Shown piece by piece: positions 7,844-7,973 of a DNA stretch of 7,973 nucleotides. Origin of the DNA: Selaginella moellendorffii (Eukaryota; Plantae; Lycopodiophyta); NCBI RefSeq assembly GCF_000143415.4, contig NW_003314648.1, positions 1 to 7,973 on the forward strand, in the 5' to 3' direction. The position numbers and the translations under genes are program-made. Every line of letters starts with the position of its first letter. Position 1 is the stretch's first letter. The notes under the pieces were generated by a model, which did not search any database, was not told the DNA's origin, and was given only the letters and a program-made list of their open reading frames with translations.

Positions 7844-7973
7844 ACTGTCTTTGGTGTGGCTACCGCTTCCTCTTGATATTCGGCACTTGTGCTTCCTGGT
7901 ATGTTCACCATGGAATGGTTTAGGACCACATTTAGAAATGGCATGAGGCCACATGCCATCTTGGGCCCTTGCA

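Larger units (their letters stand above)
942..7959. repeat. Dispersed 22-24 bp imperfect palindrome family, consensus AATGGCRTGAGGCCACAYGCCATT (about 15 copies)
   Basis: Copies at 942-963, 1017-1038, 2234-2255, 2424-2447, 2565-2583, 4153-4175, 5431-5453, 5489-5514, 5567-5590, 6312-6327, 6387-6410, 6572-6585, 7251-7272, 7322-7347 (degenerate) and 7937-7959. Confidence 0.9.

Noticed and set aside
942-7959. CRISPR array or rho-independent terminators suggested by the repeated palindromes
   Set aside because: Spacing is irregular (tens to more than 1500 nt), orientations are mixed, there are no cas genes or consistent U-tails, and the context is a spliceosomal-intron eukaryotic gene.
1-7973. Calling the window a defined transposon
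   Set aside because: No transposase, RT or integrase motif, terminal repeats or TSD could be identified within the window. A mobile-element context remains a hypothesis only.

Overview
This is eukaryotic, very probably plant, genomic DNA: it has GT-AG introns of 38-57 nt and a (CCCTAAA)n tract. A compact-intron lineage such as Selaginella is an inference, not established. The ORF track fragments one large minus-strand gene. Joined by hand, 11 exons run in frame from an ATG at 5617 off the left edge of the window, interrupted only by a 100-N gap, giving more than about 1600 aa. Apparent architecture: beta-rich N-terminal domain, basic NLS-like linker, ParB/Srx-like domain (SGQHS) with a possible HTH, degenerate beta-class N6/N4 DNA-methyltransferase-like domain, low-complexity/acidic/Pro-rich repeats, and an FCP1/NIF-type HAD phosphatase-like domain that the ORF track missed. 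About 15 copies of a 22-24 bp imperfect palindrome (consensus AATGGCRTGAGGCCACAYGCCATT) are spread across the window. They lie in five introns (at the branch-point position in four), in a coding repeat, and in the upstream non-coding DNA. The region 5620-7973 is mostly non-coding, with tandem, dispersed and telomere-like repeats. Domain calls come from motif recognition by eye, with no database search.
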